From contig CM022676.1 in assembly GCA_012295275.1 (NCBI GenBank), positions 3,162,001 through 3,226,000 on the forward strand: a stretch of DNA of 64,000 nucleotides. The letters run 5' to 3'. Shown piece by piece: positions 38,655-53,454 of the stretch. Numbering within the stretch: position 1 is the stretch's first letter; the number at the start of each line of letters is the position of its first letter. The stretch is from Chrysomallon squamiferum (lineage: Eukaryota > Animalia > Mollusca). Made by a program: the position numbers and the translations under genes. Below the pieces are notes generated by a model. That model saw only the letters and a program-made list of their open reading frames with translations. It was not told the origin of the DNA and did no database searches.

Positions 38655-39984
38655 TTACTACGAAGCAGCAGTTTTGTCAACTCGGCCAAATTCTGTCATT
38701 GCAAAAAATTAATTAAGACAAAGTATATTTCTCTTATCTTTTAGTAGTAGTAGTAGTAATACTGGTAGAAGTATTACTAGTATTTGCATTGGTAGTATTA
38801 GTATTAAGAATGTAACAACAAAAACAACAACAATGAAGTTTGATATTTCTATGTTATGAAGTTTCAAAAATACAGAAAACTTTAATATTTGCCAAGGTGT
38901 GTGTGAGAGAGATACTAAATATCTACATATGAGTATAGCCCTGAAAACATTAGCCTGTGCTAACAAAAACACTTCTGAAAAACTAGAAAGAGAAAAAGGA
39001 GAAGAAAAGAGTGACAGAACCCACCTACTTCTTCTCTTCTTATTCTTAAACAAAATTATCTTATCACCTGATTACACAAAGTGTATGTGTGGAGACAGCA
39101 AAATAGCCTCAAAGTGTTCGGGCTGGCAGTATGCATTTATTGTCAGTTCCAGGTCCCATTTTCAAAATTTGCATTTTCTGAAAATGTCTTCAAGAAACTG
39201 TTTTGTCAAGAGCAATGGCCAGCTATTGATCCAGCATCAATCTTAATGCAGTTTAGTGTCTTCTCAATATGACTGCCTTCGTAATGTACGTCTGTGCGTG
39301 TGCGTGTGTGTGTGTGTGTGCAAGACAGTTGCCTTGGTTATGGTAAATATGTCTGACTTTATATGTACCTCTGTGCGTGAGTGTGTGTCAGTCAGTTGCC
39401 TAGATTCCTGAAATGTGATGAATGTTATTTGTATGTTTGTGCATGTGTTTGTGTTGCCTAGGTTGTTTCTGTGAAGTTAGCAAGAATTATAACTGTTTCC
39501 AGTGTTTATTACGCTTAGATCTGAACTAATATAATTTGACTTATAATTCTGAAGTGTTCTCTTCATACTCTATACAACTACACTGTCAGTTATGTTGGAT
39601 TTATTTATTTATTTATTTATTTATTTATTTTGTTCTCTGTGTTCATTTCTGGACCAAAACATGAAACACCTTAACAATTAAGTGTTTGACAGTATTTTAT
39701 TGTTATGATCAGAATTATAAAAATAAAATAAATAAATCATTAAATAAATGAAACAAAAGTAGCAAAATTTAAGAAATAAAATGAAGTAAATAGAATAATA
39801 TGAAGGAAACATGCCTCATGACCACAGTATACTTTCTCAAAGTCTCTCACTGCTGTGATTGTTGAGCTGTGTGTGATACAAAATAACTAATTTAAAAATG
39901 TGTTGTTTATGAAATGAAAAAAAAACATTCTCTCCACTTCCTTCTAACAGGTTACAAAAGTTATGCAAAAAAAAAAAATGTTTT

Positions 39985-40440
39985 GTTTCAGGCATTGTTG
40001 TCAACATAGTAGATATCACTATCAAAAGACTTAAAATTGGTAACAGTAGCAAAAGAGTTGATCTTACAAACCACCAGAGTTCAAACTGTTACTTTAATCA
40101 TGTAGTATGATCTGTTCTTTCTCAACTATATGTATTTTCACGTAGTTAACATAGCAGATATCAATATCAGTGAAAGACAATAAAATTATATTATGATGGA
40201 ATACCAAGAACTTGAAATAGCTATGAAAAGAATTGATCCTACAAACCACCAGAGTTTGGTATGATCTGCTCTTGATCAACAATCTGGTTTGTTTACAGGC
40301 ATTCTCATGTAGTTAATATAAGCAGATACCGATATCAGTGAAAGAAAATAAAAATATATTATGATGGAATACCTAGAACTGGAAATAGGTATGAAAGGAT
40401 TTGATCCTACAAACGACCATGGTTCAAACCATTAATTTAA
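39985..40440. repeat. Degenerate about 170-bp tandem repeat, 2-3 copies
   Basis: TTGATC(C/T)TACAAAC at about 40058, 40233 and 40401. ATATCAGTGAAAGA..ATAAAA..ATATTATGATGGAATACC is duplicated. Confidence 0.75.
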
Positions 40441-41144
40441 GAGCTGTAGTACAATGCTCAATTAACCTGAAGCCTGTCTCTGTCAGTGACTGTAAGTAAA
40501 AGTGAATGAACTCTGACTTGTTGTTTTTCCCAATCAGCACACTGCTCCACATCACACACTGTTGCGCTGTGTTAAATCACACTTCCTCTGTGTCTAGTAC
40601 TTGTCAAATTACTCTCGGTGCAAAGCAAACACACACATTAAAATCAATCCTTTGAAGCAGATGGGGCTTAATTTCACATTTCACTAAATTAATAGTCACT
40701 TCTTTACTTTATTTTTTTTTTTCTGACTTTTTTCCCCCCTTTCTTTCACTTTCCTTTTTTAATTTTTTTAATTATTTTTTTTTTTTTTTTCAAATATTCT
40801 TTTTTTTTTTTTTTCTATTTTTAACAGCAAACAGCTTGTATATTTGTTGTTGTAATTTTATTTTTATTTTTTTTAGCTAGACAGTGTCAGTTGTTTCATT
40901 TTATTTAATTTTCCGTCTTTCTTTTTTTTTTATGTCTCGTGGCTAAATACAGTTATTATTGATATATGTATATTTTTTTTGTGTGGCAAGCAGACACTGG
41001 GCCTAATGGCTGGCTTGCTGTGTCAGTGGGTCTGCAGTGCGTTCAGCAATTTACAGATCTGTGGAGTAATGTGTTGTTAAAACAGAGCCTGTCACCAACG
41101 TCGATTGATGTATGGATCAATCACCATTGTCTGATACACCATGC

Positions 41145-42321
41145 TGACTCAGTGTGTGTTTTACAGCCAGTGTGACTTAGTGTGTGTTTTACAGCCAGTG
41201 TGACTTAGTATGTGTGTTTTACAACCAGTGTGACTTAGTGTGTGTTTTACAGCCAGTGTGACTTAGTGTGTGTTTTACAGCCAGTGTGACTTAGTGTGTG
41301 TTTTACAGCCAGTGTGACTTAGTGTGTGTTTTACAGCCAGTGTGACTTAGTGTGTGTTTTACAGCCAGTGTGACTTAGTGTGTGTTTTACAGCCAGTGTG
41401 ACTTAGTGTGTGTTTTACAACCAGTGACTTACTGTGTTTTACAACCAGTGTGACTTAGTGTGTGTTTTACAGCCTGTGTGACTTAGTGTCTGTTTTACAA
41501 CCAGTGTGACTTAGTGTGTGTTTTACAACCAGTGTGACTTAGTGTGTGTTTTACAGCCAGTGTGACTGAGTGTGTGTTTTACAACCAGTGACTTAGTGTG
41601 TTTTACAACCAGTGTGACTTAGTGTGTGTTTTACAGCCAGTGTGACTTAGTGTGTTTTACAACCAGTGACTTACTGTGTTTTACAACCAGTGTGACTTAG
41701 TGTGTGTTTTACAGCCTGTGTGACTTAGTGTCTGTTTTACAACCAGTGTGACTTAGTGTGTGTTTTACAACCAGTGTGACTTAGTGTGTGTTTTACAGCC
41801 AGTGTGACTGAGTGTGTGTTTTACAACCAGTGTGACTTAGTGTGTGTTTTACAACCAGTGTGACTAAGTGTGTGTTTTACAACCAGTGTGACTTAGTGTG
41901 TGTTTTACAACCAGTGTGACTCAGTGTGTGTTTTACAGCCTGTGTGACTCAGTGTGTGTGTTCTACAACCAGTGTGACTTAGTGTGTGTTTTACAACCAG
42001 TGTGACTCAGTGTGTGTTTTACAGCCTGTGTGACTCAGTGTGTGTTTTACAACCAGTGTGACTCAGTGTGTGTTTTACAGCCTGTGTGACTCAGTGTGTG
42101 TGTTTTACAACCAGTGTGACTTAGTGTGTGTGTTTTACAACCAGTGTGACTCAGTGTGTGTTTTACAACCAGTGTGACTTAGTGTGTGTTTTATAGCCAA
42201 TGTGACTTAGTGTGTGTTTTATAGCCAATGTGACTTAGTGTGTGTTTTACAACCAGTGTGACTTAGTGTGTGTTTTACAACCAGTGTGACTTAGTGTGTG
42301 TTTTATAGCCAATGTGACTTT
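41145..42321. repeat. 28-bp minisatellite (GTGTGACTTAGTGTGTGTTTTACA[G/A]CCA), about 42 copies
   Basis: Contiguous, near-identical units with no unique spacers. Confidence 0.98.
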
Positions 42322-42999
42322 GTGCAACTTAGTGTGTTTATAGAACTGAGTGTTTGTTTTAGAACTACTTAAACTGAATGTTTAACTCAAATACGTCTAA
42401 ACGAAGTGTGTCCCAGAAACGAGCCAGATATTTGTACATGAATGAAAGCATTTAATACAACCAACACGAACCAGTTACCTGGACTCAAACTGAAGTGAAA
42501 AACATACCTACTATATCACTGTTTGTCATGAAAGCTACAGGGAGAGTAAAAGCACATTAAAAGAGTGAAGAGAAATTGTTAATTTTGTATCATTAGTTGA
42601 GAACAGACATCAAACAATGTGTCGTCTTCACTTTATCTACAGACGCTCGTCAGACATTCAGCCATCGCAGGATCTTCACGGGCGGGCGACGGGCGAATAA
42701 TAGAAATACTTGCTGAAATACATCAGTAAACGTTTTCACCACTCTTATCTTCGGACAATGCTTTCAACGCTCATTAAAAATTCAGACATTTGTCTTTCAC
42801 TGTGACAACCTGCTGGGGCTGATTTCAGCTGGCGGAAGTCTTGAGGAAGTAAAACAAACAGATTACAAGAACAAGTAGCATCACTTCATTAGCAGAACTG
42901 AGCCAATATCAGATCTATGAAATATTAAAGTATAATAACATATGATCTACAGCCAGATCATTATTGACTACCGTAGTTTATGTCTAGACACAGGGAGGT

Positions 43000-43232
43000 T
43001 GTATTGTTATGTAGATGGCAAACTGGCTGAAAAATGTTTTTAGTTATTGCAATGTAGACATAAAACTGGAAAAATATGATGTATTATAATGTAGACAGAA
43101 AACAGGAAAATAAGGTATATTATAATGAAGACAGAAAACAGGAAAACAAGGAGTTTTATAATGTCAACAGAATACTAGAAAACATCATGTATTATTTACA
43201 TGGACTGAAAACTGTATCATTATGTAGACAAG
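43000..43232. repeat. Degenerate about 36-bp tandem repeat
   Basis: TATTATAATGTAGACAGAAAACAGGAAAA-like units. This explains the repetitive ORF 43076..43309. Confidence 0.75.
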
Positions 43233-43800
43233 GAGATTTTAACATTAAAATATCTGGAATTACCAGTAATACTTTTAACACTAAATACTCGAGCATTACT
43301 TCCAGGTAAGTAACAGGGTACTAAAATTCACAGAATTCCAACAATAAAACAAATCTCATGACAGTCTATTACAAACAGCCAGCTCTCAAATCTGCACTAT
43401 CATGATGAAGTAAGTAGCCAGACATGTTTTTTATCTTTCTGAAAAGCAAACTACACTCAGAACTCCCTTGACAATGGTTGCAGTAAAACAGAGGATGGCC
43501 ATTAAGCTATGTAATTCCCTTGATAACGGCTGTAGATGAGTTAACATTGAAATCAGACAAATTTTTTATATTTCTATATAAATGAATCAGCTTTAAGGTA
43601 TCCCAGGACAGAGTAATGAGGACGCGAGTTGTTATAAATGAGTAAATGTTGTTTAATGACATTTCAACACTTTTTTTTTATTATTAATGGTTATTATTAG
43701 GCTCTACACAGAGGTTTTTCACAAGATCACAATTATGAGGCATTATGCTGTGGCCAATTCATAAACTACTCTTTTAAATTAAACGCAAAGGGTCTGTTTC

Positions 43801-43939
43801 TCACAGACAAGAAAGCAAATTGTGAGCAACTGGCTAGAACAGGAAACAGACCAATTTTGACTAGACTATGAAGCTACAGAGTGTACCATATTTTCACAGA
43901 CAGGAAAGCAAATTGAGAGCAACTGGCTAGAACAGGAAA
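43801..43939. repeat. 46-bp direct duplication
   Basis: TCACAGACA(A/G)GAAAGCAAATTG(T/A)GAGCAACTGGCTAGAACAGGAAA at 43801 and 43894. Confidence 0.85.
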
Positions 43940-45200
43940 TAGCACAGTGAGGACACTAGCTAAGATGAACAGGCTGACCAACAGGTTTTAAAAGCATTTC
44001 AACAATTGTGCTGAATGACTGTCAGATCAATGCAATCAGCATAACCAGCGCAGGACCACACAAACGTCTTCCTCACACACGTCAAACCATCACCGTGCGC
44101 TGGCAACATCCACTCACTGGCAGCTTCCTAATTTTGAGTTTCCATGCACAAAAGAAGTCAATTACGCCATGATGCAGCAAGTGAATTGCATTTTATCTGG
44201 CCGTAATTCTCCCTCGTGGCAGTTACGTAAATAATCATTATTTTCCTCACAGCGGTATTACAATAATTCCAAAATACAGGAGCAAAAATAAGAATAAAAA
44301 ATAAAAAGTTTTCCAATAAAAGAAGTCATACAGTTTGGGACAAAATGTAAAACAACTAAACAAAATTTGGTGTAGTAAATTTAGGTTAACGAACTTTTGT
44401 GTTGGAAATACATTTAAAAAAAAATTAAATAAATAAATAAATAAATAAATATAAATAAATAAATAAATAAATAAATATAATTAAATAAAACTTTCTCATG
44501 AAAAAAAGTTATATAAATAAAAATAAAAAAATAATACAAAATTAAGTAAAATAAAAATAACATAAAAATGTTAAAAGAAAAGAAGAAAAATAAAAAATAC
44601 CAAGAAAAAAGTTCATTTAAATTCAAATTAACTTTAAGACATTTAAAACCAATGAACCGCAAACAAAATTCAATTAACCGAGGCTGGAAAAATATATTCA
44701 CAAGTGACGATTTTGATCTGTCTGCTCAACATCCTACACTGACTGATAAAAAAAAAAAATAAAAAAAATAAAAACATCATAAAAAGGAACAATAAACTTT
44801 TTGAAGCTCCAGATAACCCTGTAACAGAAAAGCTCATAAAGATAAAAAAAAAACAAAAAAAACTCCAAGCTATAAAAAGCACAGAAAAGGAGGTGGCCAT
44901 TACTGCAGTGTTTGTTAAGTCATTATTTTTAGTAGATGTGTACACTTGTTGCTATCAGCTGACACCAGGGAAGGGTGCTGGAGACAGTAAAACTGTCATA
45001 AATGTTTTTCTTTGATTATAGACTACTTTTCTTTTTTCTTCTTTTTTGAACCCGAGAGATAATAAACTGCACTGAATGGACAAGTGGAATAAAGATACAG
45101 GAGACCAACTAATACAGCTAGGAAAAGGATTATAGCTTCTGGTTAGAATAAAAATATAAAAAATTAAAAATAAAATAATATATATGTGTGTATGTGTGTG

Positions 45201-45241
<41 letters not shown>

Positions 45242-45610
45242 AGAGAAGATGTAAATATTGTGGACAAACAAATGAATGTTTGACATCTTGGTGTATTTTG
45301 TATGATCAGTTACTTGATGTTAGTTGCTGTATAATGTTTATATAATGTATAATACTGATATAATGTATAATATACAGTGTTGATATAATGTATAATGTTG
45401 ACTTATATATAACAGAAGAGTCTTATTCTAGCCATTCTCTAAGACATTAAGATTAAATGAGCAGATGCTGATTTGAAAATATATTATTATTTTTCATTTT
45501 TATTTTCAGGTGTTACATAGTTAATTTCGTTTTCTTTTTCTTTGTTTCGGTTAGTGTAATTTTAGACGAACCTTTTTTTTTTTTTTCATTTTTTTTTGTT
45601 TCCCCTTCAG

Positions 45611-45641
<31 letters not shown>

Positions 45642-45817
45642 TTAGAAAATGAAGTGAATGACAAAATACTAGTCATGCATAAGGTCAGACAACAGTTCTT
45701 TCAACTCCCAAATCATCTCGGCATGTCGCACCAGGTCAGCAGAGTCACACCATTGTTACAAATTCAAGCCATTAATCTCTCTCCAATGGGTAGAGGAAGA
45801 AGCCTAGACCCACAGAT

Positions 45818-45851
<34 letters not shown>

Positions 45852-46077
45852 TTTTTTTTTTTTTAAGACAGAATTAGCTGAACGAACCCACAGTGTTGTC
45901 GTGGAACAGCCATCACTTACTATGGAGAAGAGATGCTCTGTCGAAGCATCAGGTTGCATGAATATCAAACAAAAAACAAGCCTAGACAAATAGCGGACTG
46001 AGAAACAGCCGACAGTACGCAGACACCAAAAAATAAAATGAGAAAAAAATAAAAAAATAAAAAATATGGATTTCTTC

Positions 46078-46110
<33 letters not shown>

Positions 46111-46622
46111 AAAATTAATTTAGAAATTGCAAATAATAATACCAATATTGTTATTGGATCTAGGTGGAAAAAAAAAATATATGAATGAAAAAAGAAAAAC
46201 AGAATGAAAAAGCGAAATGAAAAATTAAACTGTTTTTCTATGTTGTTTTTTTTTTCTGTTATTTTTGATACATGATGGTGTTCAGTGTTACAGTTATAAA
46301 AGAGTGTTTGGTTTATCTGCAGGTAAAGTTACATAATAAAACATCAATCTGTAAACTATCAGTTGAATAAGAGTATGAGTTGTAAATTAATAAAAAATAA
46401 AATGGGTAATGAAAAAGTCAGTGAGAAGATACAATGTAACCTGAAAACAAACATCTCTATAACAAAACTGTAATAATAATAACAATAACAGTAATAAAGA
46501 CTTTGTGAAGTACAAGAGATTCAGTGTTGTCACAAGCTACACAACTATAAATAAAAACAAAAGTAATAAAAAAATACAATTTAAAATTAATTTAAAAAAA
46601 AAAAAACCCCAAAACCAGGTAC

Positions 46623-46659
<37 letters not shown>

Positions 46660-47475
46660 AATAAAATAAAATAAAATAAAAAAGTGAATAACATTATTCA
46701 GCATTTCATATTTATCATTTCAACATCTTTAGAAATCAATCAAAAATTTATAGTTTTATTAACAAATGGTTAATATAATAAACATCTTTTTTGATAATAT
46801 TGATCCTTATTCAGTAAAACATTGTATAACATCCTTATACTTTTAGAAACCAAAAATAATTCTTAGTGAAATGTACCTTTAAATATTTAAATGTTCACAC
46901 AGTTGATATGACAACACTGATATTTAACAGCTGTTCCAGAATTTATTAGAATTTTTAAATATTTTTTAATTGTTTTAAAATTTAGTGTTTTTTCAACATC
47001 TAATGTTATATCTATCAAAACAGAATGTGAATATTCAACCATTTAAAAATAGAATAAACTGTCTTACAGAAGAATATATTAACACATTATTTTTTGTGAC
47101 TACATTGTAATAAATGTATGTGAATATATATATAATATTTTCATAGTATAGAACATGATACAGAATATTAAAACATTTTTTGTATGACTCATTTTTCTCT
47201 AAATTTTCAAGGTTAATTTCTCTGCATTAGATAAAATAACAGATAAAATCTGTAGAGAATTATTATTTCAGTGAATTTTTTTTGTGCAGTTAACACTTAA
47301 GAAAAGAAATATCACTGTTTATTTTGTTATAAATACCTTCAAACAAACAGGAAAGCATGTACCACAGATTTTGACTAAGAAAAACATTCTGATTAGACTG
47401 GGAAACTAAATTTTTTGCCTTAATATTGTAAAAGAAAAACAAGAGAATAAAAAAGAAATAATAAACGATCACTTC

Positions 47476-47536
<61 letters not shown>

Positions 47537-48093
47537 ACAACACACAAAAAAAAGAAATAAAAAAAGAGAAAGAAAAGATTTTTTTTATTTTTATAAAGCA
47601 GTCTTTCTCCATTAAATATACATTCAGGATCCTTCTATTATTGCAGTGATTCTCTGAGACATCAAAGCATTTGCAAAGTGGGCTCTGTTTGCCGAGTGTG
47701 GTGGCTTATCCGACTGATTTCCATTGTTAGTAGCGAACGTGCATGGGCAAACAGGGAGAGAATAACAAACAGGAATTCTTTATTAACCTGGTAGAGATAT
47801 CAGCAATATTCCATCCACTCTCATTACATCCTAGGTGGACTTTGAAAGAAGATGTGTTAGGATTATGACTGGTATTTAATGTAAAAAGATTTATGGTTTA
47901 GTTAGGTTTTTTTTGTTAGCAAATGGTAATTGAATGATTAGCAATTAGAAATTAAATATTGATCTTCTTGCAGAAAGGGTTCAGAAAAGGGGAAAATAAT
48001 AATAATAATAATAAAATTAAAACACAAAAAAAAAAAAATATGTTGCTGTCGGAAATAAATTTACACATTATACATACAAAGACATATGTAATA

Positions 48094-48150
<57 letters not shown>

Positions 48151-49465
48151 CCACTTTCTTCACATACATGAGTATATACAGGAAGGTACCACATACTCAA
48201 ACAACACCATTTGTTATATGTTTTATATATATATATATTTTTTCTTTTCTCGCAAACATATATGTCTGTGTGTGTGTGTGTGTGTGTTTTTGTGTGTGTG
48301 TTTGTGCCTCATTAAATCAGCATACATATTCACATACATACAGAATTAATAAGCCAACAGCTACAGTGAACAAATTGGTTGTTACTAATCAATAAGTTTT
48401 TTGTGAACCGCAGACAACCTGAAGCAGCGAATGGTAATTTACAATGTGTGTTTTCACTTTACACTTAATGGACCACAGAAAATAAAAAGATAACAATAAA
48501 ACCACAGAGAGAGAGAGAGGGGAGGGAGAGACAGAAAGAGAGGCCAAAAAAAAAAAAAAAAAAAGGATCAACATTAATTTATCTAAAAATATGAGTCAAA
48601 CAGTTGTTATCATGTAATGTTAGTCAAAAGATGCCCTCAGGCTTTCCTCCTGTTCCAGATTTAAATATCTGCCAGATGTCCATGTACATTTTGTTTCCTT
48701 CTCTTACTATTCTCATGAAATAATTATTTTTGGCAGCACATGGCCACTATCACAGTAAAACATCATGGGCTAACAGATCCTAGAAGCCACATTAACTGTT
48801 ACAATATTATGTGGTCAATTCTGCCCGGCCACAGAAATAACATGACAGGCCATTTAAAGGTGCTCTTAGCTCAAAACAATGTAACGGAACCTTGAAAAGA
48901 CCTCTCATGGTAACAGCTACATACTGACTAATCTTACATACAATGATCAATTTTCTCTGGACTTGTCAAAGTGTGAAGTCACAGGTCATGCACCAGAAAC
49001 CAACACAGAAAAAACCCCAGACAACCCCAACAGGGCCTCTCGTTCCCTGCATTCAGTCCACTGCGCAGCTGACCGCAATGTTAAATAATGTTATCCATGT
49101 TGGTCAGTTTGCACTGGACATGTCAGAGTGATAGGTCAGGTAACACACACACACACAGACAATGGAATCTCCATCCACAGAGGTAATCTGACCGTGGGGG
49201 CAATTACACGGAGGTCAAAAGGTGACGAGGTAATGGGCACAGCATACACCTGTACTTTCGCCTGGTATGTAGGTCATACTCAGGACAGACTGAAGTGTTT
49301 AGCGAGGTGAATGGAGGAACTGGGAAATCTCATAGCAGAGCCGAGCAGACAGCCAAATAGAGCGACTTCTTAACACCTCATATTTTTAGCACCTACCACA
49401 TTTTTATTATTATCTTATTATTATTACTTCACACACAGCAGAATGTGGTAACAACTGTTCTGTTA

Positions 49466-49505
<40 letters not shown>

Positions 49506-49735
49506 TTATTTTTTATTTTTTATTTTTTTTTTTTACTCTGTTCAGTATTTGAAACTTTATGGATAGCAAGTACTCAGAAAATGATTAGATACTTCATGTA
49601 TATAGAGATGGAAGCACTGTTGGATGGATGGACCTATGTATGATGTTACCTATGTTTGTATTGCCATTACAAATATATTAACACCATAGAAATAAATTAA
49701 TAATAATAATTAAATATTTTTTACTTAAATCTTAC

Positions 49736-49805
49736 CTTTCTTCCATCACAATCCTCAGCAGAAATAAAGTATATAATTTCATTACAAATGTAACAGTTTC
49801 ACAAT
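49736..49805 (-). ncRNA. Candidate 70-nt host exon
   Basis: ctttctctctttgttacag|att ... gaaag|gtaaga (both sites near consensus). Confidence 0.6.
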
Positions 49806-50518
49806 CTGTAACAAAGAGAGAAAGTAACTTTTAATCAAACTGTAAGAGACAAAACATCTGATAAAAAATAAACATCATTTGAACTAAGTAAAACATTTTA
49901 AGTGTGTGTATGTGTGTGTGTATATACATACATACATACATATATATCTACATCTAGAGAAAAAGAGTGTGAGAGAGAGAGACATTAAACATCATCTTCA
50001 CTATTATTTTTAACATTTATTTATTTTTTATTATTATTATTATTCAAAACGTCACACTACAATGTACCAATTCTATTTAAAACTGACAGAAAATAAATCT
50101 TTTTTTTCCCCTCTCTTCATACTTTTACACCGACAACAAAATGACTTTGAATACAAAAATATGACAGAGTTTATTAAGTAATCACGCTGTGATGATCAGA
50201 AACACACTTTTACTAGTTGGAAAAGACTGAAATCAGAAAGCTGAGTGAAATGTGATTTATCAGTCGTCGGCTGGGATGACTGCAAATGATCTTATCCTAA
50301 GGCTCGCCTCCCCGCAAGTAAAATCCTTCACAATGGTCCAGACAACTTATTTATACCCTGGCCATATTCTTACTAATTGCAGACAATCTACAACGTTCAA
50401 AGTTTTGGCATTTACGCACAGTCTGCTACAAAGGAAAAGCCAGGCCAAACAAATTTATATTTATGTTTCTCTGACGGTGATGGATGTGATTGAGATCAGT
50501 TTACCATGATTATTGTTT

Positions 50519-50519
<1 letters not shown>

Positions 50520-50563
<44 letters not shown>

Positions 50564-50641
50564 TCTTTCTCTCTCTCTCTGTCTCTGTCTCTCTCTGTCT
50601 CTCTCTCTCTCTGTCTCTGTCTCTCTCTCTCTATCTGTCTC

Positions 50642-50684
<43 letters not shown>

Positions 50685-50748
50685 TATATTTATGAATATC
50701 TCAATTATTCTTTCTTTACATTTGAGACAATGATGATGATGATGATGT

Positions 50749-50785
<37 letters not shown>

Positions 50786-50885
50786 AATGTTATCAGGCAT
50801 GAACTATAAACAAACAGTAAGTAAAATTCTTGTATATTTCACATTAAAATTTATTTATTTATTTTGTTAGTTAATTACTACAACA

Positions 50886-50947
<62 letters not shown>
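50520..50947. repeat. Cluster of (CT)n, (GAT)n and (ATT)n microsatellites
   Basis: Direct read. Confidence 0.93.
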
Positions 50948-50950
<3 letters not shown>

Positions 50951-52758
50951 CTTTTTTCTAAACAAAAAGGAAAAAAAACCTTTTCATCTCTACCCAGTAC
51001 AGGAATATGAACCCAATACCGTCCCATTAAAAAGATCAACAATTAACCAAGTTAAAAATACTCGTGTCAGGGGAACAACCTCTGCGTCTGCCGACGAACG
51101 AACGTACAACTGGGTCCAGGAAGATGTGTTAATGTGATGATATTCATGGCATCCAAAACAAAGTGGCAGACTGCACTGGGAGACATAAAGTGAAATAAAA
51201 AAAACACAGAGAATATGGCAGTGTTTGGCTTGCTGAAATGTCAGAAGGCAAGGCATCAGGCACACTGCTCTGGCTAACAATTTAAGCAATGTTTTGTCTG
51301 GAGGAGCAGCACAACGTTCACTCTGCATGCGAGTGTTGCTTCTAATCACAACCCTCTGTTACCGTCTACCCATTTCTCAGCCACCGTTACATCACACCGT
51401 GTAAAAGTATGTAGCTAATAAACAAACAGGTACAGTGAAGAAGACGCTATTAAGGGCAAAACACAGATCTCTGATTCGGTAAGTTGTGGGATATGGTATG
51501 CTGTAGTACTGATGATGCAACAGAGAATGCTGTATCTCATTTCTAAAAAAACACAAGGGCCTCAGGTTTGATGAAATACGGGATTGTACAAATGACACAA
51601 ATGGAAAGGATTTGAAATCCAATTATCTGACAAGATGTAGGAATACAGGAATAGTAGTACACTAATGTACCAATCATTCAACTAAGGAGGATTTATCTCA
51701 TTTGTAAAATAAAGGACTCAGAGTTCTTGATTTGAAGGAATACATGAACAGATAGACTTTTGTACCAGTACTACAAGTAAGAAAGCTGTATTTCAATGAT
51801 AAAACACATTTCTGAGATTTGATTTGAGTTATATACTATTACCATTACTATTTCTGTTACAACACCAACACCCCACTATTCTATAACTCCTGTTACTACT
51901 GTTACAACAACTACTTATACTAATATTCTACTATTAATAATTTAATAACAAAAATGAATAAATAAATAAATAAATAAAAATGCACAAAACAAAACGATAC
52001 AAAACCAAAATAATAAAAAACAAACAAAAGAGGAACCAAAAATGACAACAACAAAAAAAATCTCAACACCGTATGTGATAAACGTTTCAACCTTGATGCA
52101 TTTACTACATCTATAAAAAAAGAAAAAAAAAAAAAAAGAAAAGAAAAGTTGAAACAAGATACATCCAGCCCACTAACCAAGCACTACTCAACACTACATT
52201 GCGCTAATGAACCTGATGGGAGACAGTTTAATGGTGTCATCAAACACAGATCCTGTTTTTCTCTTGTAGCTTCTTTTGATTAACCAGCGACTGCAAGAAG
52301 CACTGAAGCCGCTGTTTTTTATTGCCGGGGCTAAAAAGTCTTAAAGCAGAGCGGGTACTAAAAGGTAATTTGTAAAGGAATCGCAGACGTCGGCGTACAG
52401 ACTGGCTTCTTGCACATTATGAATTTACACTTTCTTCAAACGACTCGATGTTTTAACTGTTATGCCGTTCCACAGCTTGCCAGCAATTAACAAGTGTCTG
52501 CAGTGACTGCGATTGTGAAGGGCAGTGTGCGGGCGACAAGATCGTTTGAAGAATGGCAACACGTAACAGTAAATAAACTGTAATAATAAAATAAAATAAA
52601 GTAAAACAGAAGTAAAACTAAAATGATGACAACGGTAATGACGCCAGTAAATCTGGTGTTTTATCATTTATTCCCTTCGACTGCTTGGCCAAAATTAACA
52701 AGAATGATTCTGTTTGTGAAGATTATTTGATGAAAGGCAGTAAGTTATTTGGTAAATA

Positions 52759-52825
<67 letters not shown>

Positions 52826-53454
52826 TAAAATAAATAAATAAATAAATATTTAAATAAATATGAAATAAAAAGATAATGATAATGATGTCATAAATATATA
52901 TATTTTTTTTTCCTTATTGGTTTTTGTTTATCAGTTATGTCATTCTGCAACTTGGAAAATATTAACAGGTATTTAAATTGTTTCTCTTTGTGAAGAACAA
53001 TGTATGAGATTATTTCAAAATGATATAAACAAATAAATAAAAAAAAAAAAAAAAAAAAATTAAAAAATCTAAAATGATGTCAATAAAAAAAAAAACATAT
53101 TTGGAAAATATATCAAAAAGGCTTTATCATCATTGAAAACACAGATCAAGGATCAAACATTTAAATTCAATCTTCTGCTTCAAACAACTGACAGCATTTC
53201 AAAAAGTGTCAGAACTTCAATGTTTTCTCTGGTTCTGTTAACATTATTTTATTAGTGTCAGAATGAAGACTTGCAGCTGTCACTACTAATACTTTTTAGC
53301 TGAGTCAGATTCTACCAGTCAGACATGGTGAACTTTATTGGATGACAAACATCTGTTAACTTCAGTTTACAGACAGAATATAATTCATTTACTTTTTGCA
53401 GTAGTAACAAGGTATTTCTTACGATCACCTCTGTTTGAACAGAAAGAAATATGT

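Noticed and set aside
41145-42321. CRISPR-like array (also the 35-bp repeats at 20194 and 26531)
   Set aside because: Units are contiguous with no unique spacers, there are no cas genes, and the context is eukaryotic.
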